In this document: positions 23,864 through 33,551 of the stretch, in pieces
Position numbering within the stretch: position 1 is the first letter of the stretch
How the letters are laid out: every line of letters begins with the position of its first letter
NCBI GenBank assembly: GCA_965240325.2
Contig: OZ251247.1
Location: forward strand, 372,001 to 436,000
Direction of reading: 5' to 3'
Origin: Rebecca billardiae RCC1528
Taxonomy: Eukaryota > Protista > Haptophyta
DNA: 64,000 bases
The notes under the pieces: generated by a model
The model's database searches: none
Told to the model about the DNA's origin: nothing
Seen by the model: only the letters and a program-made list of their open reading frames with translations
Program-made: the position numbers and the translations under genes

Positions 23864-23943
23864 GGATAGACAGATAGACAGATAGACAGATAGACAGATA
23901 GACAGATAGACAGATAGATAGACAGATAGATAGACAGATAGAC
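23864..23943. repeat. (GATA/GACA)n microsatellite
   Basis: gatagacagatagacagatagac... seen directly. Confidence 0.95.
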
Positions 23944-24263
23944 GCGCGAGTGAGCGACGGCGAGCTGTAGAGAAGGGTGAGTCGTGCGGCGGCGAGTGGC
24001 GGCGGCGTGCTTGCAGCGCGGCAGCGGCGTGCGGCGAGCGCGAACACGCGGAGCGCGCGCGGCTCCGCTGTTGCGCCCCGAGGGGCCCGCGCCGAAGAAG
24101 CGCGCTCGCTCGAGCGGGGGGCAGATCGAAGGTGATGAAGCGCGCGGTTCCGCTCAAGCGAAGTAGAAGGTGATGAGCGACGAGTGTGCCCGACGGACGA
24201 CAGCGCAACGACACCTCACGCGCCGCCCCGCCGGCCGCCCAACAGATGGCCGAGAACGGGACG

Positions 24264-25078
24264 CCGAAGTAGCATGTGTGCGCTCACTGCCCGCGCCGCC
24301 GACATGCGCTCCAGCTCGGACGAAGGGCAGAAGGTGTTGTTGAGCGCGCCCCCGCGAGCGCGCAGCAGCTGGTGAGGAGCGTGTTGTTGAGCGCACCCCC
24401 TCGAGCGCGCAGCAGCTGGTGAGGAGCGTGGAGCGTGCCCGACACACGCCCGCTGGCGCCGCCCCGCCGTGCGCCCAGCCGCCGGACGCTGCCGATGGAC
24501 GCAGAAGCAGCATGGATGCGCACGAGTCTCGTCCAGCGCCAAAATGCGCTCGCGCGCGAGCGAGGTAGACAGTGCCGAGCGCGCCCACGCTCGAGCGAAG
24601 CAGGTGGAGATGAGCGAGGAGCGCGCCCGACGGACGGCAGCGCACCGGCACCTCACTTACCACCCCGACGTTCCGAAGCAGCATGTGTGCGCTCACTGCC
24701 CGCGCCGCCGACATGCGCTCCAGCTCGGACGAAGGGCAGAAGGTGTTGTTGAGCGCGCCCCCGCGAGCGCGCAGCAGCTGGTGAGGAGCGTGTTGTTGAG
24801 CGCGCCCCCGCGAGCGCGCAGCAGCTGGTGAGGAGCGTGGAGCGTGCCCGACACACGCCCGCTGGCGCCGCCCCGCCGTGCGCCCAGCCGCCGGACGCTG
24901 CCGATGGACGCAGAAGCAGCATGGATGCGCACGAGTCTCGTCCAGCGCTAAAATGCGCTCGCGCGCGAGCGAGGCAGACAGCGCCGAGCGCGCCCACGCT
25001 CGAGCGAAGCAGGTGGAGATGAGCGAGGAGCGCGCCCGACGGACGGCAGCGCACCGGCACCTCACTTACCACCCCGAT
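24264..25078. repeat. 409-bp tandem duplication x2, near-identical
   Basis: agcatgtgtgcgctcactgcc at 24271 and 24680 (offset 409); identical translated ORFs at 24284 and 24693. Confidence 0.93.
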
Positions 25079-25600
25079 GTGCGCCCCCCGATGTGCGCCC
25101 GGCCACCGGACGCCTCAGAAGGACACCCAGCACAAGCGTGGTCGCGCACGAGCGGATGAGAGAAGCAGAAGGCGCTGAGCGTTCCCCTCGAGTAAAGCAG
25201 TGGGCCATGAGGAGGAGGGAGCACGACGGACGGCAGTGCCCAGCACCTCGCGCTCCGCCTCGCAGTGCGCACGACCGTCGGATGCCGCCGCAGAAGGACG
25301 CCGAAGCAGCATCGTGAGAGTTCGAGCGTGATGCACGCGCACCACGCCAGGGGGGGACAACGAGGAACGGGGAGCGAAGGAGGCGGAGGAGCGCCGCTGG
25401 CTGTCCGTGAGTGTGCCGGCGCCGCCGCGGCCTGCCGCCCGGGGGGCCCGGGCCCGGGCGGGGCCGCTGTGCTCAGGCGTCGGCCGGGGCAGGGTGCGCC
25501 GGGGGGCAGTCGCGGCGGAAGCGGTCGGCTGCACGACGTGGGCTGCCCTGACCGGCCCCGAAGGTGCGCCTGTCACGCCGAGGGTCGGCCCGCCTGCAGG

Positions 25601-25837
25601 CAAGGGGCTTACAAAATACCACTGGGGGCGAAACACAGTCGTCGGATGCGATGTACATGAGACGGACAGCGTCCGGACTCCGGTCAGCGGAAAACACTGT
25701 GCGAGAAGTTTGAATTCGGCCAAAGCACAGTGTTTTCCGCTGACCGGAGTCCGGACGCTGTCCGTCTCATGTACATCGCATCCGACGGGGCTCCTCACTG
25801 GCGCTTTCGCCCCCAGTGGTATTTTGTAAGCCCCTTG
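25601..25837. mobile_element. 237-bp MITE, P-superfamily-like (CAAGG termini, 33-bp TIR, 7-bp TSD CTGCAGG)
   Basis: TIR CAAGGGGCTTACAAAATACCACTGGGGGCGAAA at 25601-25633 and 25805-25837. Inner 63-bp IR at 25640-25702 and 25725-25787. TSD at 25594-25600 and 25838-25844 (a 5-bp TGCAG reading is also possible). The empty site cctgcaggtacg is visible at 21391 in the sister repeat. Confidence 0.92.
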
Positions 25838-26112
25838 CTGCAGGTACGCTCACTTTCCGCTTGGTACCCGCGCCGCAAAGGCGAGCTGCTTCCGACTCAC
25901 ATCTCGTCACCGTCCGGTCACTCCGGCGATGCCGCTGCGAGCGCCGAGCCCGCGTCCGGCCAGGTATACGCCCACCTAGCGGGGAGGGGCACGGACGGCG
26001 GCGGAGCAGCGACGCGGCAGTCATAACGCGATAACCACCGCGGACTGCCAAACCCACCACTCCCGTCGCGTCGGCCATCGCCCCAAAATGCACGTCCCCT
26101 GGCTGAACTCGT

Positions 26113-26212
26113 AATCTCGCCTGCCTGAGCTGTGTGCGTCTCTTATTCTTAGTAAACTGTCAATCTCGCCTGCCTGAGCTGTGTGCGTCTCTTATTCTTA
26201 GTAAACTGTACA
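26113..26212 (+). repeat. Two tandem copies of a dispersed 50-55-bp motif (AATCTCGCCTGCCTGAGCTGTGTGCGTCTCTTATTCTTAGTAAACTGT)
   Basis: Other copies at 32278-32342 (+), 41288-41338 (-) and 61265-61330 (-). Confidence 0.9.
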
Positions 26213-26508
26213 TGCGCAACAGGCGCGCACGGAACGATTGTATGCTGGCGGGGCTATTGTACAGTTACAGTTTACTATATGATTTATTAACGTGCACACT
26301 TGTAGCGCCGTGCCTGTTCGTATCGGAGTCCACGACCGGATGTGGTCGTAGGGGCGCGCAGGTCGAGGCGCCGAGAGCGCGTGCGCGGCTGCCGTACGGC
26401 GTACGTTGCCGTGCGTGGGCGAGGCGGTCATCCCAAGACGAGGCCCCGCCGGGCAGGAGCACGCCGCTGGCGAGCAGGCACGAGCACCAGGCACACATCC
26501 CGCAGCGG

Positions 26509-28065
26509 ATGAAGGCGCGGCGGCTCGGGCCGACTGCGGCCCCACCCGCCCGGACGACCGGCGCGGCGCGCCCCTCGGCAGCGCGCGCTCGCTGTGCGGA
26601 CGGAGGGCGAGCTTTGCTGCTGGAGGCGCTGCCGCCGGAGGTGGTCGGACACATATTGGCGTTCCTGCCGCCGCGCGACATCGCGCGGGCAAGCCGCGCC
26701 TCGCGCCTCTTCCGCGGCGCGCCGGGCGGCCGCTCGCCGGTCGAGCACGCGTTGCGTGAGCGCGCACGGGCTCGCGGGCACGCGCGCGCGCTGCCGACGA
26801 CGTTGCCGGTGGGCGTGCGCAGCTGGAGGGAGGAGCTCTTTGCGCGTGAGCATGTCTACGAGCTCGCGTGCGTGCACGCATCGCCTGTGGCGGCCGGCGG
26901 CTACTTCAGCGCGTTTGTGGACGCGGAGGGCGGGCTGCACACGTGCGGCGAGCACTTGACGGACCCGAGACTGGGGCACGACCTGTCCAACGCGCCAGTC
27001 GTCTGTGGACACGTCGGCGCGCCGCTGTTGCGGGTGCCGACGCGCATCGCCTCGCTGTCGACGGTGCGCGTGGTCGCGGTGGCCGCTGGCGAGTCCCACC
27101 TGCTCGCGCTGAGCGATGCTGGGACGGTGTACGGCTGCGGCCTTAACTGGAAAGGCGAGCTCGGGCTGGGGGACACGGAGGAGCGGCGTTCGTTCGTTCT
27201 TGTCGCCGAGCCGCACGGCGCACCCCTCGTATGTGTCGCTGCCGGTGCCGCCCACAGCCTCGCGCTCACCGCCGCTGGCTGCGCGTACAGCTGGGGCTTC
27301 AACAACTTCGGCCAGCTCGGCCACGGCGACACGGAGGACCGGTGGGAGCCGACGCGCATCGAGGCGCTGGACGGCGTGCTCGTGGGCGGCGTGGCTGCGG
27401 GTGGTATCCACACGCTGCTTCTCTCTGCGCATGGCGCCGTCTACTCGTGCGGCTCCACCTACTATGGCCAGCTCGGCCACGGCGGCTGTCGGGAGCAGCA
27501 CACGCCGAGGCGCATCAAGGCGCTCACTGGCGTGTGCGCCGTGCACGTGAGCGCGGGTGCTCATCACAGCCTGGTGGTGGGCAGGGAGGGGGCGGTGTAC
27601 TCGTTCGGGAGCGGGTACGGTGGGCAGCTCGGGCTCGGGCGTGACGTTAGGTTCGACGAGCGCACGCCGAGGCGGATTGACGCCCTCGCTGGTGAGCGCA
27701 TCGTGCACGCGTGTGCGGGCCACTCCAGCAGCGCGGTGGTGGACGCGGACGGCGGAGTGCGCACGTTCGGGCAGATCCGCAGAGGCCCCATCGGCCACTC
27801 CACTGGCCATGGCTACGCGGGTATGTACGCGTGCCATAGTCCACGGTGCGTGCATGCCCTCCCCCGGGGGCGCGTGGTGCGCGTCTCCCTGAGCAGCTCG
27901 TCTGCCTTCTTTGTGACGGCTGACGGCTGCGTGTTTGCGTGTGGTTGGCAGACGGCTGCGCTCGGCCTCGGCGTGAGCCGTGCGGACAAGCTCGACGACC
28001 TCACGCGTCCCACGCGCATGGAGCAGCTGCCGCGTGTGGTCGTTTGGGAGGCTGGCTCTGCATGA
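26509..28065 (+). CDS. F-box/RCC1-repeat protein copy 4 (HEHQAH subfamily; the paralogous first ATG reads AGG here)
   Basis: LEALPPEVVGHILAFLPPRDIARASRASRLFR plus RCC1 blades. Paralogs start MHEHQAH whereas this copy has RHEHQAH; the next in-frame ATG is at 26509. Confidence 0.88.
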   Translation: MKARRLGPTAAPPARTTGAARPSAARARCADGGRALLLEALPPEVVGHILAFLPPRDIARASRASRLFRGAPGGRSPVEHALRERARARGHARALPTTLPVGVRSWREELFAREHVYELACVHASPVAAGGYFSAFVDAEGGLHTCGEHLTDPRLGHDLSNAPVVCGHVGAPLLRVPTRIASLSTVRVVAVAAGESHLLALSDAGTVYGCGLNWKGELGLGDTEERRSFVLVAEPHGAPLVCVAAGAAHSLALTAAGCAYSWGFNNFGQLGHGDTEDRWEPTRIEALDGVLVGGVAAGGIHTLLLSAHGAVYSCGSTYYGQLGHGGCREQHTPRRIKALTGVCAVHVSAGAHHSLVVGREGAVYSFGSGYGGQLGLGRDVRFDERTPRRIDALAGERIVHACAGHSSSAVVDADGGVRTFGQIRRGPIGHSTGHGYAGMYACHSPRCVHALPRGRVVRVSLSSSSAFFVTADGCVFACGWQTAALGLGVSRADKLDDLTRPTRMEQLPRVVVWEAGSA

Positions 28066-29332
28066 GTGCCCGCTGGTGTCGACGCTGCGCCGGTCCGCGC
28101 CGCTGCTTCAGCAGGCATCACTGAGTGGCTGCCTCTGGCCACTCAATCAAGTCAGGCTCGGTCTGGCGGCAGCAGGCGCAGCGTCAGGCTGCTGATAACC
28201 GCCTCCATGACGGCTGGCGGCAATGCGCTGCGTCAGCAGCAGTACTCTGTAGCCGACCAATGGGCAACTGGCTGCCGTGCGCGCCGTCTGGGCCTAGCTG
28301 GCGGCGATGGCGCCCGCTGAGTCGCATCGTCGAGCGTCGTCACTCGTCCTATCGCCGGCGCGCGAAGAGCGCGCGCTCCTGCGGACGGGGGCGGGCGTGC
28401 CGCTGCTGCGGCTGACGCAGCAGAGGGATGGATCGGCTGATCGCGCGGCGCACTGATGGCCGCACATCACGGCGATGAAGCTGATGGCGGGACCCGCCGT
28501 ACGGTATAGTTGATGAGCGCCGCTACTGGACGGCGAGGTTAGTGCCGGCGGCGGCCGGCAGCTGGACTAACTACTATATATATTCGTCATGCGCAAGCAG
28601 CCACGTCCGCCGAGCATGACTGATGATGAGGACGAACTACGCCGCCTACGCAAGCAGCGTGCCCCGCACGCCCCTCTGACCTGGCAGGCGCGAGCTTAGA
28701 CCCGCTGCCCGCGCCATATCGCGCATGCAGTAGCTGCTGCAGCACGCGGCGGAGCACTCAGCGCGTCGATGGCGTCACACGCGGCGCTCGACGGCGGGAT
28801 ACGACGAGGGCGTGCAGGCCGCGCGCTGGCGCTGCCGCTCGCCTCCGAGGCGCTGGGCCGTCAGCTGCGAGAGCTGCGCGCCGCCGAGCGCCGCGCCGCG
28901 TGCTGGAGCCGCAAGGCGGAGTCACTGAGGCGCGCAGCCGCTGGCCGCTGACCCCGAGCCGCATGCCACGATGGCACCGCCGGCTCTCTACGCCACGGCT
29001 TCACACGTGCAGCTGGACGGGGTGGGGCGTAGCTGTGACTAGGAGCCTCCTGGAGCCGCTCCTGCTGCGATGATGCCGAATGTTGCCGGCGATCTGCGGC
29101 CATTCGCGCTGACCGTTTGCGCTGTGGCTGCTGCTAGCGAAAGGTCGCAGCCGCGCATCCGGATTCCGGGCCGCGGAAAGTGATTGCGGAATCCGGACAC
29201 CGCCTCGCGTCCGCCCGTGGAGCGTCGCATCAGGCGACGCCTCGCCGCGCCGCGCTCGAGCTTGCGCGACGTGCGTGCGCGGCGTGGCCGTCACGCGAGG
29301 CACCGTCAAGCAGGCGTACACCGCTGGCGACC

Positions 29333-30955
29333 ATGCACGAGCACCAGGCGCACATCCTGCAGCGGATGAAGGCGCGGCGGCTCGGGCCGACTGCGGCCCC
29401 ACCCGCCCCGACGCCCGCCGCGGCGCGCCCCTCGGCCGCGCGCCCCCGCCGCGCGGACGAAGGACGAGCGGTGCAGCTGGAGGCTCTGCCGACCGAGGTG
29501 ATCGGGCAGATACTGGCGTTCCTACCGCCGTTTGACATCGCGCGGGCAAGCCGCACCTCGCGCCTCTTCCGCGGCGCGCCGCCGGACGGCCGCTCGCCGG
29601 TCGAGCACGCGCTGCGCGAGCGCGCGCGCCGGCAGGGCCGGGAGGCCACGCATGAGCCGGAGCCGCTGACTCGGAGTCGCAGCACGCTCGGAGAGCTCAT
29701 CGAGCGTGCACATGTCTGCGAGCTGGCGTGTGCGCACGGGTCCGTGGTGGCATGCAGTCAGCGCACGTACGCTGGCGGACGCTTCAGCGCGTTTGTGGAC
29801 GCGGAGGGCGGGCTGCACACTTGCGGCGAGGAGCCGGTGCGGAACGGGTTGGGGTGGCCGACGGACGATTTTCGAGCACACGCTGCATTGGGCCACCCCG
29901 CTGTGTCGGCTGTGCGCTGGCCGTCGCGCGTCACCTCCCTCAGCGCGGTGCGCGTGCGATCAGTGGCAGCTGGCGAGTCCCACCTGCTCGCGCTGAGCGA
30001 CGGTGGCGCCGTGTACGGCTGCGGCCACAACCGCTGCGGGCAGCTCGGGCTGGGCGACACGGAGGAGCGGCGCTCGTTTGCCCACGTCAACGCCGTGCAT
30101 ACCGGATACGTCGTGAATGTTACTGCCGGCAGCGCCCACAGCCTCGCGCTCAGCGCCGCTGGGTGCGCGTACAGCTGGGGCTTCAACTACTTCGGCCAGC
30201 TCGGCCACGGCGACACGGAGCACCGGTACAAGCCGACGCGCATCGATGCGCTGGACGGCGTGCGCGTGGGCGGCGTGGCCGCATGGTATAGATACACGCT
30301 CTTTCTGACCACGTGCGGCGCCGTCTACTCGTGCGGCAGCGGAAGGGACGGCCAGCTCGGCCACGGCGACCGGCAGGAGCTGCACACGCCGAGGCGCATC
30401 GAGGCGCTCGCGGGCGTGCGCGCCGTGCACGTGAGCGCGGGCCGTGAGCACAGCCTGGTGGTGGACGCGGATGGCGGCCTTCATTCGTTCGGCCGTGCCT
30501 CCGGGGGTGGGCTAGGGCATACCCGCAGCCGCCGTGAGACCAGCCCGAGGCGCGTCGAGACGCTCTCTGATGTGCGCGTGGTGAGCGCCAGCGCGGGCTA
30601 CCACAGCAGCGCGGTGCTGGGTGCGGACGGCAGCGTGCGCACGTTTGGGTTCAACGAGTGCGGCGTGCTCGGCCATCTCAAGCGCTCCAGGCTAGCAGGC
30701 CTGTATGTGCGCCTTCCACGGCGCGTGGCTGCCCTCTCTCGGGAGCGCGTGGTGCGCGTCTCTCTGGGATACTGGTCCGCCTTCTTCGTGACGGCTGACG
30801 GCCGTGTGTATGCGTGCGGCCGGCAGACGGCTGCGCTCGGCCTCGGGCGGGCAACTCGGGAGAGCTTCGGTGTGGATCGTGCGGACGAGCACGACGATCT
30901 CTGCACGCCCACACTCATGGAGCAGCTCCCGCCGCTCGACGCTGCGCGCTGCTAG
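29333..30955 (+). CDS. F-box/RCC1-repeat protein copy 5
   Basis: MHEHQAHILQRMKARRL..., LEALPTEVIGQILAFLPPFDIARASRTSRLFR, RCC1 blades. Confidence 0.92.
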   Translation: MHEHQAHILQRMKARRLGPTAAPPAPTPAAARPSAARPRRADEGRAVQLEALPTEVIGQILAFLPPFDIARASRTSRLFRGAPPDGRSPVEHALRERARRQGREATHEPEPLTRSRSTLGELIERAHVCELACAHGSVVACSQRTYAGGRFSAFVDAEGGLHTCGEEPVRNGLGWPTDDFRAHAALGHPAVSAVRWPSRVTSLSAVRVRSVAAGESHLLALSDGGAVYGCGHNRCGQLGLGDTEERRSFAHVNAVHTGYVVNVTAGSAHSLALSAAGCAYSWGFNYFGQLGHGDTEHRYKPTRIDALDGVRVGGVAAWYRYTLFLTTCGAVYSCGSGRDGQLGHGDRQELHTPRRIEALAGVRAVHVSAGREHSLVVDADGGLHSFGRASGGGLGHTRSRRETSPRRVETLSDVRVVSASAGYHSSAVLGADGSVRTFGFNECGVLGHLKRSRLAGLYVRLPRRVAALSRERVVRVSLGYWSAFFVTADGRVYACGRQTAALGLGRATRESFGVDRADEHDDLCTPTLMEQLPPLDAARC

Positions 30956-31617
30956 GGCTGGGTGCTGCACGTGGGTGCCCGTGGCGTGGCCCGCAGCCTT
31001 CGCGCCATACGCCATGCCCCAGGCCACGATGATCCTCACGACTGTCATCCTCGATCATCCGTGGTGCGACCTTGAACACTCAAATGAACAGAACTTCGTC
31101 GATGATGACTCAGCAGTACAGTAGATAAGAAAGGATAAGAAAAAGCGTCGTCGTATCACGCGCTCGCCGCTCTGCGGAGCTCGAGGCTTGACAAATTGTC
31201 CAATACCCTTTTCCTCTGAAAGGGCCAAAACAGGCAGACTGCAGACGATAAATCGAATAAACGAATAACAAATTCCGCACCATCGCCGCGCGATGTGCCC
31301 TTGCGATCGAGTTGGGCCAAATGGGTCGGGAACAACGGACCGCGTGCGAGCCCCGGCCCGGACCGCCGTCCGCGCGCGAAAGCAATCCAAAGCTTGCCCA
31401 AGCGATCCACTGACCGAGCACCGGCAAACGGCCCACACCCCTCGCCCATCCTCTGCCCATGGCGTCGCACCTGCTGCTCGCGACGGTCGCCGCCGTGCCG
31501 GCGCACACGCCCATGACTCCGGAGCTCGCTCCGCGCCGCGTGCGCACCGATGCTTACGATGGCGACTCAGCTCGCGCCGTGCATCACGTCGGAGCGCTCG
31601 TGGACGCCGAGGCGGAC

Positions 31618-32235
31618 TCAGATCGTGAGTGCCGCCGCCTGCTGCTGCTGGCGGACGCGAATGTGCATCGGCTCCCGCCACAGGAACTCACGGTACCGCG
31701 CGACGAGCGTGTGCACAGCCTCCACCGGCGGGCGGTACAGCTTCGCGCCGTGCTCGATGGCGACGATGGTGACGTGGCGATACACCTTACTGCCGGCGAG
31801 GCAGCCCGCGACACGGCGCTCGGACTCGACGCACGCCGCAACCAGGTCGGCGTCCGCGGCGATGCCAATCTTGTCGCGCCCTGCGCGGCGCGCGCGGGCA
31901 CGCGCGGAGGACGCGCGTCAACACGGGCGGCGGGGGGGAGCGGGCACGGCGCGCGCGCAGCGGGATCCGATCGTACCGAGATCGAGCACGTACTCGTCCG
32001 CCTCCCCGAGCAAGCACGGCCGCAGCGGGTAGCCGCGCTGCTGCCCGTCCTCCGCAGCCCCTGTCGTCGTCGGCAGCACGATGGCGCCGTCCGGCTGCTT
32101 CCAGGCCTTCAGGCCGACACCGAACTCGAATGGCATGCGGGCGGTCGGGAGCTGCGCGATGACCTCCTCGGGTGGCTCGGTCAGATTCATGTTCGCCACA
32201 TGCAGCACGTTGCGCTCCCCCAGGGGGGGCTTGCG
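31618..32235 (-). pseudogene. Last two exons of an unidentified gene (32235-31977, 31880-31618); 5' exons not found
   Basis: A phase-compatible 96-bp GT..AG intron joins ...EADEYVLDL-G-RDKIGIAADADLVAAC...ALTI*. The upstream exon begins at a gcag acceptor. An internal ATG at 32190 could alternatively be a start. Confidence 0.5.
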
Positions 32236-32347
32236 CTGCGTCGGCAGGCGCGCGCCGAGGCGCGGTCGTTAAAGCGGGCGTCAATCTCGCCTGCCTGAGC
32301 TGTGTGCGACTGTGCGTCTCTTATTCTTAGTAAACTGTACAGCATCC

Positions 32348-32669
32348 ATGGCGGCGTCCGACTCCGACGGCGACGCGGCGTCGTACCTGCCGATCGCTCG
32401 TGCCCGTCGGCATGCGTTGCAGCTTCCGGCGGAGTTGGGCCCGCCCGCGCTGCCCACACTCGACCTCGACCTCTACCTCGCGCCCGCGCCCGCGGGGTCG
32501 CTCGACGACGATCGTGCCCAGATCGTCCTTTACGTTTTGGACCCGGCGCCGTGTCTCTTTGGCATGGCGGCGCTCTTCGTGTACTCGCAGGCCGGTTACT
32601 TTGGCTCAGATGAGGGGTGCGCTGAGGGGCAGTTCTCCCGGACGCACGTGGTTGGCGTCGGCCACGCAG
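32348..32669 (+). pseudogene. N-terminal fragment of a putative esterase (alpha/beta hydrolase, IroE-like)
   Basis: IVLYVLDPAPCLFG...HVVGVGH resembles the vLYvLD...ivVGIg motif of putative esterases. No downstream GxSxG exon found after the GT at 32670. Confidence 0.45.
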
Positions 32670-33551
32670 GTAGTCGCGTGCGATGGCGCTTCCCGCCCGC
32701 GAGACGCCTCGTGATGAGGGCTTTCTCGCACCGAGCCCGACGCGCGACGGTGGATCGCGCGAGGCGGTCATCGTGCGCAGCGCATGATGCTATGGCCGGT
32801 GCGAGCTTTCGACGTGCACGTCGGGCGAGGATCGCCCCAGGTCTCACGATCGTGTCGACGCGCCGAGCGTACCGCTCCAAACGCGTCGATTTAGCCCCCG
32901 TTCGACCTGCACGCGAGACGACGAGGGCAGCAATCGCGAATCGGGCGAAAACCCCCCTCGGGAGTCCTCTCACGATGTCCGCGCCGGCGTTGGATTCGGC
33001 GCGCGCGGCCCACGCGCTCCGCGCCAGGCGCCATATGGTTTTCGGCCGAGCGTCCCCAGTGGGAGCTGCGAGGGCGCCCGGTAGTGAGCGCGTGACCCAT
33101 GCCACGCGAGCTCTGCGCTGCTCGCTCTGCACACTCACTCGGACGCCCCTCCCCTCCTGCACGATGCGCACGCGAACGACGCCGTGCATCCCGCTCCCGC
33201 GGTCCCGCCGTCGTCGGCTGCGCGTCGTCGGGGGAACCAGAGCGAACCGGCACGTGGAATTGAAATGCGCAATCAGGCTCGGTTTCTCAATTTCTACTGA
33301 TGCAAATTTACACGACTGGTAGTTTGCGCTCAAGATTGATGAGACCAACCGCGAATCCGTGATCATCAAGCGTCGTCGTATCACGCGCTCGCCGCTCTGC
33401 GGAGCTCGAGGCTTGACGAGGCTTCCACTCCTCTCCGGCCCGGGGCGGTGGGCTCTCTCTCCCCTGACGACCCAACGAGGCGCGGCGTGCGATCGCTACG
33501 TGGGCGCTGCCGAACTCCACGCCGATCGGCGCAACCTTGCACTTGCTGAGC

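Larger units (their letters stand above)
20977..26083 (-). mobile_element. Non-autonomous split-direct-repeat element, DIRS-order (TOC1/PAT/Ngaro-like)
   Basis: 117-bp repeat at 20977-21093 and 21643-21759; about 460-bp repeat at 21177-21639 and 25379-26085. On the minus strand the order is A1-internal-B1-A2-B2. The internal junction at 21630-21660 joins the element's two ends. No TSD. The interior is tandem repeats with no RT or YR ORF. Confidence 0.75.
18241..26106. mobile_element. Long-TIR DNA element (about 620-bp TIRs, 4-bp TSD ACTC); the right TIR is interrupted by a 5.1-kb nested insertion
   Basis: 18266-18859 is the reverse complement of 20377-20976. The terminal TCAGCCAGGGGACGTGCATTTTG (18241-18263) is the reverse complement of 26084-26106. 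ACTC at 18237-18240 and 26107-26110. No recognisable transposase. Confidence 0.82.
31143..33417. repeat. Identical 50-bp direct repeats (31143-31192, 33368-33417) bracketing a 2.2-kb segment
   Basis: aagcgtcgtcgtatcacgcgctcgccgctctgcggagctcgaggcttgac at both positions. Confidence 0.9.

Noticed and set aside
22954-24214. Repetitive ORFs such as SARYLRLSPRVTCAY
   Set aside because: Translations of the minisatellite, open in three frames.
21177-26085. LTR retrotransposon suggested by the 460-bp direct repeats
   Set aside because: No TG...CA ends, TSD or gag/pol, and the insertion boundary lies 200 bp outside the repeat, which fits a split-direct-repeat structure better.
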